A DNA stretch of 63,773 nucleotides, filler included, from Kondoa subrosea (taxonomy: Eukaryota): the NCBI GenBank assembly GCA_039545335.1. It is 11 parts of 9 records of this genome, joined end to end, with 100 filler letters (N's around TTAATTAATTAA, not from the genome) between each part and the next. Parts side by side here need not be neighbours in the genome. Positions count along the whole stretch, not along the records: positions 24,774 to 45,931 come from BCIN01000012.1; 10 more parts are not named here. The stretch is one strand, 5' to 3'. Position numbers and translations under genes: made by a program. How positions within the stretch are numbered: position 1 is the first letter of the stretch; every line of letters begins with the position of its first letter. Shown here piece after piece: positions 24,674 through 37,541 of the stretch. The notes beneath the pieces were generated by a model, which was not told the origin of the DNA, made no database searches, and saw only the letters and a program-made list of their open reading frames with translations.

Positions 24674-26216
24674 NNNNNNNNNNNNNNNNNNNNNNNNNNN
24701 NNNNNNNNNNNNNNNNNTTAATTAATTAANNNNNNNNNNNNNNNNNNNNNNNNNNNNNNNNNNNNNNNNNNNNCACTGCAGGATCGCGCAAGGATCACTT
24801 CATTTTCTGTCATCTCCTGGTATGGCGACGGCTACTAGTAGAGCGCAGAGTTATCGATCGGCCACCAGAGCACNCTATGGCTGTCAATTATCCTAATTTA
24901 ATGCTATACACTTTACTAGCTGCTTGCCTCCCTCTGCCCAGATCTCATGATAGACAATCCTTTCGAGCTTGGCGCCAGCTCCTCTTCCCTTCCATAAATC
25001 AAGCAAATTACTGAGACACTTCCCGACTCGGAATTATTGCTCAGAATAATTCGACAGGTATTGAGGAAAGCTTACCCTCCGCGACCACCTCATCCCTAGT
25101 TGCCATTGCTCGACAGTGAGAAAGTTTCCATGGTATTTAAGCCCCAAGGGCCACGCCTGAAAGTGCTTGACGCTGCTTGAAAGAGAGCACGACGGAAAGT
25201 CGCAGAAGTGAAGACTGCCGAGGCAGGCTGCTGTCGTTCATGGACATTGGCACTGGGTACGACTGCTCTGTACGCGAGGGGAAATGCGTTTGAGATTCGT
25301 GCAGCGGGAGTATTACCTTGCAGAGTGGTTTCGAGGCGGGAAGGCATTTGGCGCTGAACTTGACATCGAAATGGAGAGTGCGATAGAGAACGAGACTGCA
25401 AGAGGAACTGAATACGAGATGCCCGACCAGTTTCGGCGATGCGCTCAGCTGCAAAGGAGAACGTTTTTTCGAGACCTTCGTCCAGCAGATCGATGTATTC
25501 AAATGTGCTCTGTACAGACGGCCATCAGTCACAGTACGTGAGACCTAGTCAAATAGCTTACATGCACAAACAGAGCCAGACGTGGTTGTCTTCTCAGTAC
25601 CCTCCGATATACTCCGGTATCCAGCTCTTGGAAAACAACTGGTCGGATCTGACCCAAGACCGAGAAGCGGTTTACACGAATACTGCTGTGACAGGGCAGT
25701 CTTGCACGAATGATTTTGACACCGCGGCGGGGGACACTGCGTCCGATAGCTTGCCTCAGAGCAGAAGGGATGCGCCTGAAAGCTGTTGACATAGCCAATA
25801 AAGCAGTAGAGTGAAGAAGTGTTTTATAGCACCCGGTAATGATGCAGAGAGAAGGAAATGGAAGATACGTAACAACAACTGCACGGAACTTGCACAGCTT
25901 TTCGCAAAACCCTTTGGCTCGAACCCTGAACAGAAAAGAAAGGTACATTACATAGATCCTTTGTTCCAATGACATCGATCCGGAAGGAGCCAACGAAGGC
26001 CGGATATCATACCGCAAAGTTCAGATGACCTGATGGTAATAGTCTATACGAAGCCTTCGCTGGCGAGTAAGGGGAGTCATGTGACGGTAAGTGGAACACA
26101 AGAACGGCGCCAGAGTCTTTGAATTCACTGTCGCTAGGAGAATTACTGTAATATACCTATGTCACTCTGAGCAATGATTCAGAAAGTGTATATCATGAAA
26201 TAGCGCTTACCCATGA

Positions 26217-28480
26217 TCAACTCCAAGTCTCTTCCTGTAAGCGATTCACCAGACTCAGATGCTCCAAGAAAGCTTCTGCTGCGGCTTGATTCATTTCCCC
26301 CTGATCTTGACATACTGTCGTGAGCGACTTCTTGACAGCAGTGGGCATTTTATCAGCGGCTCTGGGATTTGCATCAGCTTGATGTGTAATCTGTTCGCAA
26401 CCACTTTACCCTGAAATGTAGATCCACGCTCCATGTTTCAGCAGACTCCAAACTTTCGTCGCATGCCGTGTTATCTCGTGTTGGACATAGATTTTTTCTT
26501 CCTATATCCTACTCAATCAGAATTGTCTTCTCGTGTCTAGCAGGTACGCGAACCTGATCCCTAGATGCAGCGACAATTACTTCCGCACCAGATTTTTCCC
26601 ATTCCTTGGCATAATAGTAGTCCTTTTCTCTATTTCTGCAGCCGAAGAAGACAAGCAGATCACCAGTAGCTTGCGACATGGATCGATATTGAACGAAAGA
26701 ACGGAAGGGAGCTATGCCCGTTCCTGGTCCAATCAGAATCATGGGCACATTCGGAGGTGGTAGTATAAAAGTTGAGGGTTTGATGAGTATCGGTACTTGA
26801 TCGCCTGATTGCAGCAAGCGATAAGTCAAGCGTGGTGATGACATACGGCCGACAACATACCGATTCGCAAGCGCGAGATCCAAGAGGTTGCTACGCCTTT
26901 ACGAGGTGTCGAGAGTAGAGTTCGATAATTGACGATAGCTACTAATAAATCAATCCGCCGAGGAAACATCTATTCTCCAGTATCAGCTTACATTCGCCAA
27001 AAAGAAAAACACTATTGCGGTGGATTCACCTTTGAGCTTGAACTGATAGAAAATTGCCTCGGCCTGATTTCAGGGAAGACATCCGCCACATAATTCAATG
27101 GAATTACTGCAGATTTGAATTCCGCCAGGACTTCAGCGATTGTTCGTTTTGGTCTATTGGCGTAGTCCCAAAGATCCTCCTGCGTCAAGACCATTAGATT
27201 ATGGAGACGACTGCACAGGGTATACTTGCTTGGCCTTCCGGACTGGCGAACTCCTGCAGTTTGTCGGTTTCTAATTCATCAGTCGTGAAATACGACAACC
27301 ATTCGAAAAAGGATCGCCTTGGAACTGAAAATATATCTAATCGATATGTAAGAAGCTGTCTTAGCGTCGTATGGGTCTTCCAATGAGAAGGTAGAGGTCG
27401 ATCTAGATATGACTTCTGTCAATACAGTATAGAGGGAGAGAAATTCAGACACACCCGGACCGGTTGGCTGCAGAGTCAATGCAACATCTGCATCTGTCCA
27501 TTTCATTAGGCGTAGGAACTCGTCTACTGCCTCAGGTGGGTTTTCAGGTCTTAATTCTGCGATGTCGCCAGGCTGAAGACTATAGCTTCACAGTAAGTCG
27601 GGCGATACAAGTCGGGAGAAAACCTACTCCAGATCATGATCTACATCGAACTCTATATACCGAACATCCTGGAAGTGATCCTGTGGTGTAGCTCTTTCAT
27701 TTCTGCTCAGGGTTGTGATTATCAGTTCATCATGCGGAGAGGCTCTGTTAGTATGTGTGCCGTTCGTATGCGGTTTAGAAGAATTGATTTGTAGCCATGG
27801 CGGGGGAAGAATATCTTTTGAAATAATATCCATGCCATCAGGAAGGGGAAATGCCTGCAGAAGAGTCGACCAGAGTCCTTCCAGCCAAGAGTCAAGAGTC
27901 GTATCTATGCTACCGTATAGCACACATAAGAACATACTTTTCCTGCCTGAGGCAGAAAACGCACCCAAGATAATCCTGATCATCACCTTCTCCTTTCTCG
28001 TAGAATGATTGGGCACCCAGATCCTGGAGTCTTCTATAGAGCTGTTTGGCAGGCCAATTGAATTTAGGGTAACTGGAATCCCCCAAACCAAAAACGGTGT
28101 ATGACAAATGTTCGAGCAGATCATCAGGCAGATCTGATCTGAGCAAGAACTTCCAAAATGATCGCATATTGGATGGCTCAGAGCCTTGACCTGTTGTAGC
28201 TACCACAAAACAGACGAGATCTTCTTCCAAGAGTTCGGTCTAGACATTGGAGAAACCAAACGAAGGATGGGAGAGAGAGACAGAGAATAAGTACAGCTAA
28301 AGCAACCGGAGAGGAAAGTATGTAAATTACAAGAGGCAGAGCATCCACTGCAGTGACTTTGGCAAGGAAATGACGCCGACGAGCTTCTCTACCGATTCGT
28401 TCTGCTACATCCTGAGCGGTTCCAGTCTCACTTGCATAGAGGATTGTCATCGCCCTTGGATGATCGCTTGCATCACCCAT
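26217..28480 (-). CDS. TAH18: NADPH-dependent diflavin oxidoreductase 1, multi-exon
   Basis: ILYASETGTAQDVA, ATTGQG..P.NM..FWKFLLRSDLP, FGLGDSSYPKFN, HFQDVR, RPRQFSISSS, IGPGTGIAPFRS, FFGCR, C-terminal QEETWS*. Confidence 0.95.
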
Positions 28481-28581
28481 TTGAGATACGTTTCACGACA
28501 ACCAGCGCTCAGTTTTCAATTTTCTTTTCTTGACAGCGAAACCCACCTATACCCATTTTGATTCGCATTGGCAGATTCGAA

Positions 28582-31239
28582 ATGGCACAGACTAAGAGTA
28601 ATAAAGGCGGACCGAAGAAGCATGCCTCCAAGGCCGGCAATAAACGAACTCGAGCATTCGAATCCAAAGGTTTACTGAAAACTAAGATTCAAGCAAGAAA
28701 GCGAGGGCAAGACTTGAAGAAGAAGATTGAGACTAGAAAAATGCTCAAGGGCACCGGGAATAAAGGCAAAGGCAAAGCTGGAGCTGAGGATATCATGGAC
28801 CAAGATACCGATCAAAATGGGGATGAGGCTATTCCTGATGGTGAAATGGACGAGTTATTGAATGGCGAATATGAAGTCAGTCATATTGGCGGCTTTAAAA
28901 TGTATCATCGCCCGAAAATTGAAAATTCGTTCGGACAGGGTGCACCTGGAAGCGATGCTGATTCGGATGCGGAATCTGAAGAAGATGACTTGGAGTCTCT
29001 AGATCTGGGAGGTCAGTCAGTCTTGGACTCCTGTTCCCTCTCATGCTCATCGCTATAAATGTCGATCTAGAAGAAGCTGATGCACATAAAATGGATCTCG
29101 AAGCTTTGAAAACGAAGGATCCGGAATTTTACAAGGTATGTAGATACAATCTAGTATTTTGACTCATTTTGACGATGGATGTAGTATCTACTGGAGAACG
29201 ACAAAGACCTATTGGCTTTTGATGATAATGCCGAGGACGACGCCTCAATGTCTGGCGATGAAGCACCGCAAGCAGAAGGAGCTGGTCAAATAGAAATCAC
29301 TAACGAAATGCTCAAAGCCCTGTCCAAAGCTTTGGTTCAGGTATACATCAAGCATTTCCCTGTCCCAATTATGCATTTTGACGGGAACTTTTGTAGCAAC
29401 GATCGATGAAAGCACTGAAAACCTTACTACTTGCTTTTCGATCAGCTGTGGCAAGTAATCAGAAAGAAGGTGCTCCGCCTTTACCTTACGTCGTACATAG
29501 TCCATCGGGTTTGTTCGTCTTCCAATTGACAGTTGGCCAAAAAAACGAAGTTTGTGTTGTAGTCTTCAACAAATTGGTCTTGACCACCCTCAAGTACACC
29601 CCAGTAGTCTTGAAGCAACATATCGCGGTCAAAGAATTGGCTTCAGGCAAATTGTTAGGCTCGCCTTAATCTCCGCTACCATCTAAAGTACTGATGCATT
29701 TGCTCCTGAGCAGTAAAATCTCAACAGAGAACAAGAAATACGGTCCCATACAACGATGTGTCAAATCCTACTTTTCTTCTCTTTCTTCGCTGATGGCTTC
29801 GTTACCAAACTCGGCACCTGGCGAAACGAAAGAGAACGAATTAGAAGAAAAGAAGAATTTGCTCTATATCGCTATAAATGAAAGCGCGAAGTTGATTCCG
29901 TTTGTAATCGGAAACAGGAAGGTTGCAAAGAACTACCTGAGAGTAAGCTCTACCTCGCTTTTGGGAATGACACCAGAGCTTATTGATAGGTTCTCAGATG
30001 CTGCTTGAATACTGGTCGGGTACTGGTACAGACAGCATCAGAATAGCCGCTTTTTTAGCTGTCAGAAAAATGGCGCTAGCAGCTGATGGAGGTATCTTCG
30101 AGCTTATTCTCAAGGTATGCACCGGATCTATCACAGCTTAACACCTTGGCTGAGATGCATTGTAGAATACATATCAAGTTTTAGTCATCGCATCGAAAAA
30201 GACCAATGTCTTCACTTTACCTTCTATAAATCTCATGAAGAACACAGCCTCTGAACTCTTCTTACTTCGACCGAAGATAAGCTATCAGCTCGTCTTCGCT
30301 TACGTCCGACAGCTAGCTATTTTACTTCGTACAAGTACCAAATCGCAATCGAAGGTGGATTATTTTGATTTCATCATGTGGAGTCCGGCTTACATATATG
30401 TTTTACAACCTAGGACGCCTACCAAGCTGTCTACAATTGGCAAATGGTGCACTCCATTGACTTCTGGTCGCTAGTTCTCGCTACAGCCTGTTCGAAGGAG
30501 AAAGTAGCTATAACACAGCAAGAAAGTCCTCTGCAGCCTTTGATCTACCCTTTGGTCCAAGTTTCGTTGGGCATGCTAAGGTTCATTTCAGGTTCCAAGC
30601 TGTTGCTGCCGCGCTGATGCATTCTCCAGGCTGTTTCCTACATCTCGTTTCTATCCTCTACATTTCCATCTCGTTCGAGCGATGATGAGAATTATGTCCC
30701 GAACTTCGACATTCATTCCACTTGCACCTCATCTCTTATCTATTCTTGATTCTTCTGAATTGAAACGAAAACCCAAAGCCTCCACGAACCTCAAACCCCT
30801 CGACTTTGCCTACTACATTAGAGCGCCAACTTCTTACCTCCGGACCAAAACTTACGCCGATGGTCTCGTTGATGAACTCTGCTTCCTTCTGTTAGAATAC
30901 TTCGCTTTGTTGTCCCTCAACATTGCTTTCCCTGAGCTGGTGATCCCACCATTAGTGGTCATCAAGAAACACTTGAAAAAGGTTTCCAGTGGTAACGGAA
31001 AATTGATTGCTGGTTTGAAAAGTTTGGTGGACAGATTGGAAGCGAACAAAGTTTGGATAGAAGAGAGGCGACAGAACATTGACTTCAGTCCTCAAGATCG
31101 CTCAGCTTTGGCTGGTTTCTTGTCAGACCAAGAAATTGGTAAAACACCATTAGGTGGACAACTAAGGCGGGAGAAGAAAATACGGGACCGAACGATGGAA
31201 ATGTTGGAGAAAGCAGCTACCGAGAACCTCGATGAATAA
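28582..31239 (+). CDS. NOC2: Nucleolar complex protein 2, multi-exon
   Basis: [79 protein letters not shown]. Confidence 0.95.
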
Positions 31240-31403
31240 TCTATATAAATATTGGTACTGCCACAGCATTAATTATGTATGTATTGCTATCCTGTTTTCG
31301 GATACCCATTGCATTGTTGGCTTCCTGTCCCGAGCAGATTACTCGGTTCATACTGGGAGGATCCTCTACCGACCTGTATTTACTGGCGGAATGTGGGATT
31401 GGC

Positions 31404-34400
31404 TCAAAGCTGATTCGAAGCTTGCGCGATCTGTCATAAAATGAATGGTTAGATAGGTATTATAACGACGAGCAGAATATCATACTGGTGTGCTCTGTAT
31501 TAATGGCTTTTGCATCGCCCCCCGGGACCCTGAGACAGAAAATGCCGAATCAGACGAGACTTGCATTGGCAGACCATTATCAATGTTCTCCAGGCTATTT
31601 CCGTCAGGGATTTCCGAGAGGATGTTGGTCTCTATTGTCGTTGTAGGCTGACCCGTAGAGTCAGGAACGAAAGGTATAGCTTCTGGCAAAGATATTCTTC
31701 TTTCGAGTGATTCGCTTTCCAAGGAAAGCGTCTCTTCTGACAAAGGTTGTTGCCCAAGCGCTTCGTTTTCCACTTTTTCTGTCAGATTGTTTGTCTTTGG
31801 ATTCACAGAGAATTGTGAAAGGTCGACACTTTCTCCCGTAGCAGCCGCGGAAGGTTCATGCTGGTCTGGAGCGATCTCTTCCGTAAATTCAGACTGACTA
31901 GTCGATGGTTGAGCTGGATACAGACTGTCGCCTGCTTGTTTGCATGTTGAATCTGCAACTTGCACTACCTCAGCCGCAGGAGCAGGTTTCAAGCGGGGCG
32001 CAACTACAACAGGGTTAGATGGAGTCCTCGTGATAGGTCCGCATAGCTTCAAGTCAGAAGGCGATTCTAGCGCTTGCTCTCCGGACACCTTCTTGCGACG
32101 CATTGTTCCAGCTAGTACACGCTTGGCGGAAGCAAAGATCTTTGGGGACTTGCGGCTATTGGGAGACGGTTCCGGGCTTGATGCAGGAGAGCCGAAGAGA
32201 GATGTCGGATTGACAGATGTTATGTCTGAGGGTTTGACCGGTGTGATCTGTAGCTGTTCAGGATGAGACCTTTGACTTTCGCCAATATGAGGCAAAGTCG
32301 GATCATCTGCCGCCTGCAATAGAGAACCAGGCGTAGCAGCTAGAGGACTTGAAGTCGAAGGGCATCCATCAATTTGCACAATGTCAGGAACGGCATGTGC
32401 AGGTTCGTCTTCTGCTGAAACTCCTTCCAATTCTGAACGCTGACTGATGCTTATTGACTTCGAATTGAGCGGTAGTGGCTTGTTGTCCACAAGTAAGGAG
32501 GGCTCAGGGACGGGCTGAACTGTGTCTTGGGAGAGCCGATGTTCTTGCTTTGCCGGAATATACATTGCTTCAGCACTCAGAGTTTGCGGGAATGCTCGTT
32601 GGCCAGGAGTGGAATGTGCTGGTAGGGCAATAGGTTCAGGTAGCAGATCGACCGGAGAAAAGATGTCTGACACCGAATTCCTGGGTTGTAAAACTGGTTT
32701 TAACGGCTCAAGGCGCTCTTCTTCCGGGACATCTCTTATGTCTTTCAATTGTTTATGATTGTACTGAGATTCAGGAAAAATCGAAGGATCATAACTTCGC
32801 TCTTCCGCTATTGGCGCCTTACCGATTATTTGTACTGCCGCATTTTGTTGCTCGTTGAATGCTACGAGACCATACGCTACAGATATCTCCTCAGTACGAG
32901 CCAATTTTTGAAATTCAAACGTCGGAGCCATGGCGGTTGGATCAGCGGATATTTGGTGCTCGGTTGTCGGTTCGTCATCTTGTTCCTCAACAGGCTCCAA
33001 AATATCTTCACTGCGAAGTGATTCCAGAAGTGACGTTGTTCGTTGTTGCTTAATGGAGATATCTGCGTGGACATCGAGGTTGAGACCATTGCCAACTTCG
33101 CGGACAGCTTCTTTGGAAGGATGCGGGTCACGAGCCATTACATGAGTGTCTTGTGCGTCATCGATGGCTGCCGCCGCCGGCTTCTCTGAAGTCAAGCTTT
33201 TGGCTAATGTAGGTGCTGAAGCTGCAGCAGCTTCTCTTGCCTGCTCTAATCCTGAAACAGGAGTTTTAAGGAAATGGCCTTGCAATTCATCTGTACATGG
33301 CGAAGGGCTAGGAACTGTGACTAAAATTGGTAAAGTTGGGTGAGTCACAGATGGATGTACTGTAGGCGGCGAAGAGAGGGCAGCTTTGATTGATCTAGTC
33401 GCGATGGCGAGTGAAGATAAACTTGCTGAGCGTTTAGGAGCCAAAATAGGCTGTGTCGACTCGGTCCTGCCCTTTGAAGAGCGGCGACCCAGAGCGGCAA
33501 AGAGTTTGCGCTGATCCTTTGGCGGTCTTAGGCAAAGTAAGATTTCGCTTGCGCCGATAAGAACAGAAATTTCACCTTAGCAAAGCCGTTTCTGCAACCG
33601 AGGAATCTCGATGTCTTATCCTTCGCTCTTCGCCAAGAAGGAAGCGAGCCGATAACCCGCTTTTCAGCTCTACAACTTCTAACAAGGGCCAAAGAATTAC
33701 GCGTAAATTTGATTCTCCAATTGCATCGAGGTAGAAATCGACGAAGGCTTGATCCAAATAAATACTGGTAACCGTCAGAGATTGAGTAACGGAGCCTTTT
33801 AGCTGAAGTGAAGGAGCGTTGGAAGCTGTAAGTACACCAGAATGATCGCCCGAAGTTCTAGGTCGATATTCTTTTCGCAATTTGGCTTGCTTGCCTTCTG
33901 AATTTAACTTCTGAGCGTCATTACTGTATTTTGGTCGCAAAGTCAAATCCTCATCTGCAACTTGTGGACTGAAGCCGGTAAAAGTGAATCCCGAAGCAAC
34001 GAACTCAGTCCAGCTAGGAATATTGACATTTTCTGCAGTGCTTGGCAAAGCCTGTGAGCCATTTAGCCTTCCTTACGTTTTGCAAGCCTAGGAACTGGAC
34101 TTACTGAATGTGACATATTATTCAAACGTCCTAAAGGTGTTGCCTTGCCAGGCTGCAGAGTACCATCTTCGCCAATTGATAATAGAGCAGACGAATCACG
34201 TATGCTAGGAGTCGTAGGTGAATCAACGCTGAAGGATCTGCGCCGGTTTGGTGAATCGCATGTTGGTGGATTTGGATTGTTGACGTTTCTATGCTCCGAT
34301 GCGCCATTGTTAGCATGCATAAACCTGAGCGGATCTTCTCCTAATATAGCGGGCATGCTCCCTCCTGCAGCGTCCTCAACCTCTTTCCACATCCTTCGTC

Positions 34401-35752
34401 CCTCAGCACTTGACTCTGCGGAAGTAGCGTTGTTGAATCCCATTATATCAGATATTATTTGACCAGGCATCAGTTCATTGACTTTCTCCTCTTCTGCTTG
34501 CAGAATAAGCCTTGCATGAAGCGTATTGCTTTTTCCGTTCACTTCTGTTACAGTGAACGGTCTTGGCGCTCCTTTGTATCGCCTGACAAGCTCTTGTAGT
34601 CTCACAGGCACTTCGTTCTGATCTCTCAGATAGCAGAGAAAAAGATGTTCCAGCGCTGACGAAGCTTTATGCCATTCTTGATAGATTTCCAGCGCATTAT
34701 CAGCCATGCTTCTCGAGGAAAGCACCCAGTACCCAAGGAGCTGACATAATAGAGTCACATTCATTGCGTTCGTTTCGGATTGAGCTACCACTGAGGCCAT
34801 GAGATCAAACAAGAGAGTGAAGATTCTTTTGCGTGATTCCTGAAGCATAGGGAGGAATATGGTTGAGAAAGCATAGGCAGGATATGATTGATCGGCTTCT
34901 GATTTCCGGAAGTGATCGATGTACCAGGACCAGGAGTCGGGTCGCGTGAGCAAAAAGGACGAGGTTGAGCTGTGAACAAAGTGTCGTAGAGACTAGGACT
35001 AGTCTATCAGCATCTGCAAGGTATCCAGATTAGGGATCGCACCCATTTGAGGACAGCTACGATATCGTGAACACCGGCAGCTTTCAGCTCAGCTCTGTAT
35101 AACATATCAGACCATGTTTCACGCTGGAACGGTCAACAAGCTCACTTATATGCTTCAGATGGTGCCTGAGGCTTGAAAAAGATATCGTGCTGGGTTATGG
35201 GACTGTCAGAGATGACTTCCTTATCAATCGCGAGCAGGTAATGATAAATAACTATGGCAGTCGGAAAGAGCGTGTGTGTAAGCAAGCAACAATTTTGCTA
35301 CTAAAGAGGCTCTTGTACATACTTCGGTGTTGGTGCTCAGTATCTTCGACTAATCGATGCGGACGAAAGATTCCAAGTGTCGTCAAGCCTGTTTTTTTAT
35401 GTTAAGCTTAGGTCGGCTAGGTTTCGATGCGAAGCCTACCTCTACTTTGAATTTCTGAGCAACATAGCTCCAACAGGGGCAGAAGGTCTTCTTCTGTTAG
35501 GCGAGCATTTAATCGCTTTCGACTGTCCAGATTATATGGCCGCGGAGCAGAGGCGGTCAGGTCCCTTGCGTCAATGTCCACCCATAGCGAGCTTTTGGAA
35601 CCCTGGTCATTACTGAGAGCGTGAGCAGCTGAAAGGGAAGGAGAATCCAGATGCAAAGAGAGCCTGTTTTGATTCTCTTCGGTGCGCGGCTCAGACTGCT
35701 TCTCCGCAGACCGACTTCTCTTAGCCAATAATTGATACAAAAGAGCAAGCAT
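31404..35752 (-). CDS. Msb1/Mug8 (DUF1708, RhoGAP-like) domain protein with long disordered C-terminus
   Basis: LLELCCSEIQSRG, LKWG, SWSWY..F..SE....YP..AF, LFDLMASV.A.SE.N.M; ORFs 34063-34953, 33572-34048 and 31480-33444 linked by introns. Confidence 0.7.
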
Positions 35753-35913
35753 ATGCAGAAAGAAAAGGAAAGACTAAAAGAACGAAGCGTGAAAGTGCTT
35801 TGTGGTGACACAGTGAGTCCGTGCAGAAATTGTATTCCTTGTGAAGCGACCACGAAGTATAGCAGCAAGAGCAACATCGGCACACTACGAGTCATACCTT
35901 TAAGGATCGTGGT

Positions 35914-37507
35914 ATGGCACAGCCGGTATTATCGCAACATCAGAAATCGCACGATGTTCATCGTCACCTCGTGTTTGCGGAGGAAGCCAGAGATCGCAGC
36001 AAACGTCGCAAACTTGATTTAGGCTTGCCTGTATCGAGTATTGCATGCAAATCTGGCACGTCTCATCGAATTGTCAACAAAGGGCAATCTTCTCAAGAGC
36101 GCAAGTATTTGGCCTATGGACCTGCATATTCTAAGGAAGAGGAGATCAACAACAACTTCTCCAGACACTATGTCAACATAGGCAGCAGACCTCAAAATAG
36201 TATTCTCAATGCTTCGATTGAACATAGATTTAAAGAGTGCGCTTCACTCCCTTCGCACGAGGAAGCGAGCTCAGATTTCGACAGGTATCCCAAGTTAAAA
36301 AAGCTGACCCAATTGCACACCGCGCTGGTGAATGAATATGCTCATCCTGCAACCTATTTGCACATTGACCAATTCTCTCCTTCCAACCTGCTCGACATTC
36401 TACATCCAATGCGTTACGACTGCATTGTGATCGACCCTCCTTCCGACTACACGTGGGATCAGCTGGCAAATTTGCCCGTTCCTCAATTAGCTACCAATCC
36501 CACATTCATCTGGATCTGGTGTGGTTCGGCAAACGGGCCAGGATTAGAGAAGGGTAGAGACCTGTTGGCGAGATGGGGCTATCGAAGATGCGAAGATATA
36601 GTTTGGGTCAAGACGAACAAAAAGCAACCTAATCAAGATCAGAATACCAAATCGTTATTGAACATTACAAAGGAGCATTGTCTCATGGGCATGAAAGGCA
36701 CTGTTCGTAGAAGCACCGAGTAGGCGCCATTTATAGATGACTTCTTTGCTGCATCTAATTCACTCGACTCTTCAGTGCTCACTTCGTTCATTGCAATGTT
36801 GATACAGACGTCATAGTCTGGGAAGGCGATGATAAGGGTCCGTTGAACCCCGTGTACAGCTTGGATATGATTGACAGATCTCTCTACTGCAGACCCGGCA
36901 ATGAAACCGCCTGAGCTGTATACCATCATCGAAAATTTCTGTTTGGGCAATCGGCGTTTACAAATCTTTGGCAGTCGCAAGAATTTACGTCGAGGCTGGC
37001 TTTCAATAGGAACTGAGGCTCTTCTGCCTGACGTAGCTGATGTTAAAATTTACAACAAGCAAGAATACGAAAGTTGGTTTGATCCTTTGCAGGGAGGGAG
37101 CTCAGTAGTCCCTAATACACCTGGTATGTATTTCGAGTGTCATCTATTGCCCTCGATTCATGCATTCGCTCACAGAGGTGGATGCCCTTCGACCTAAATC
37201 TCCGCCTCCGCGCGGTCAAAGTGTAACAGTCAGAGATTTTCAGCTCTGATCTACTGCATCTGATGACATTCGCTTTCCTTGATAGGCTGGGCAGTCAGGT
37301 GGCGGACTTGGACGTGGACGTGGAAATCTCGGAAACCTCGCTCCACAGAATCTTGCTCACTCTCAGCATGCTATGGCTACTTCCATGCAAATGATGAACC
37401 CTATGCTCAATCCAATGATGATGGGCATGTCTTTCATAAATCCCCTAGCTGCAATGTCGCCTCAAGATTGGGCTGTCTTTTTTCAGACTCAAAAGACGAA
37501 GAATTGA
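35914..37507 (+). CDS. METTL14: MT-A70 family m6A methyltransferase subunit, METTL14/Kar4 type
   Basis: NNFSRHYV..G.RPQN.I, RFKEYPKL, IDPP, GRDLLARWGYRRCEDIVWVKTN, TKEHCLMGMKGTVRRST, HFVHCNVDTDVI, IIENFCLGNRRL. Confidence 0.92.
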
Positions 37508-37541
37508 TATCGGGTAGAGAGTATTACGGTGAATAGAGCTC

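Noticed and set aside
24774..26050. Possible genes (a Med18-like start MATRDEVVAEG on minus; short plus-strand exons)
   Set aside because: Could not build a consistent spliced ORF or recognise diagnostic motifs
31480..33444. 654-aa ORF as an independent gene
   Set aside because: Begins at TTG within an open exon that follows an intron; it is the low-complexity tail of the DUF1708 gene
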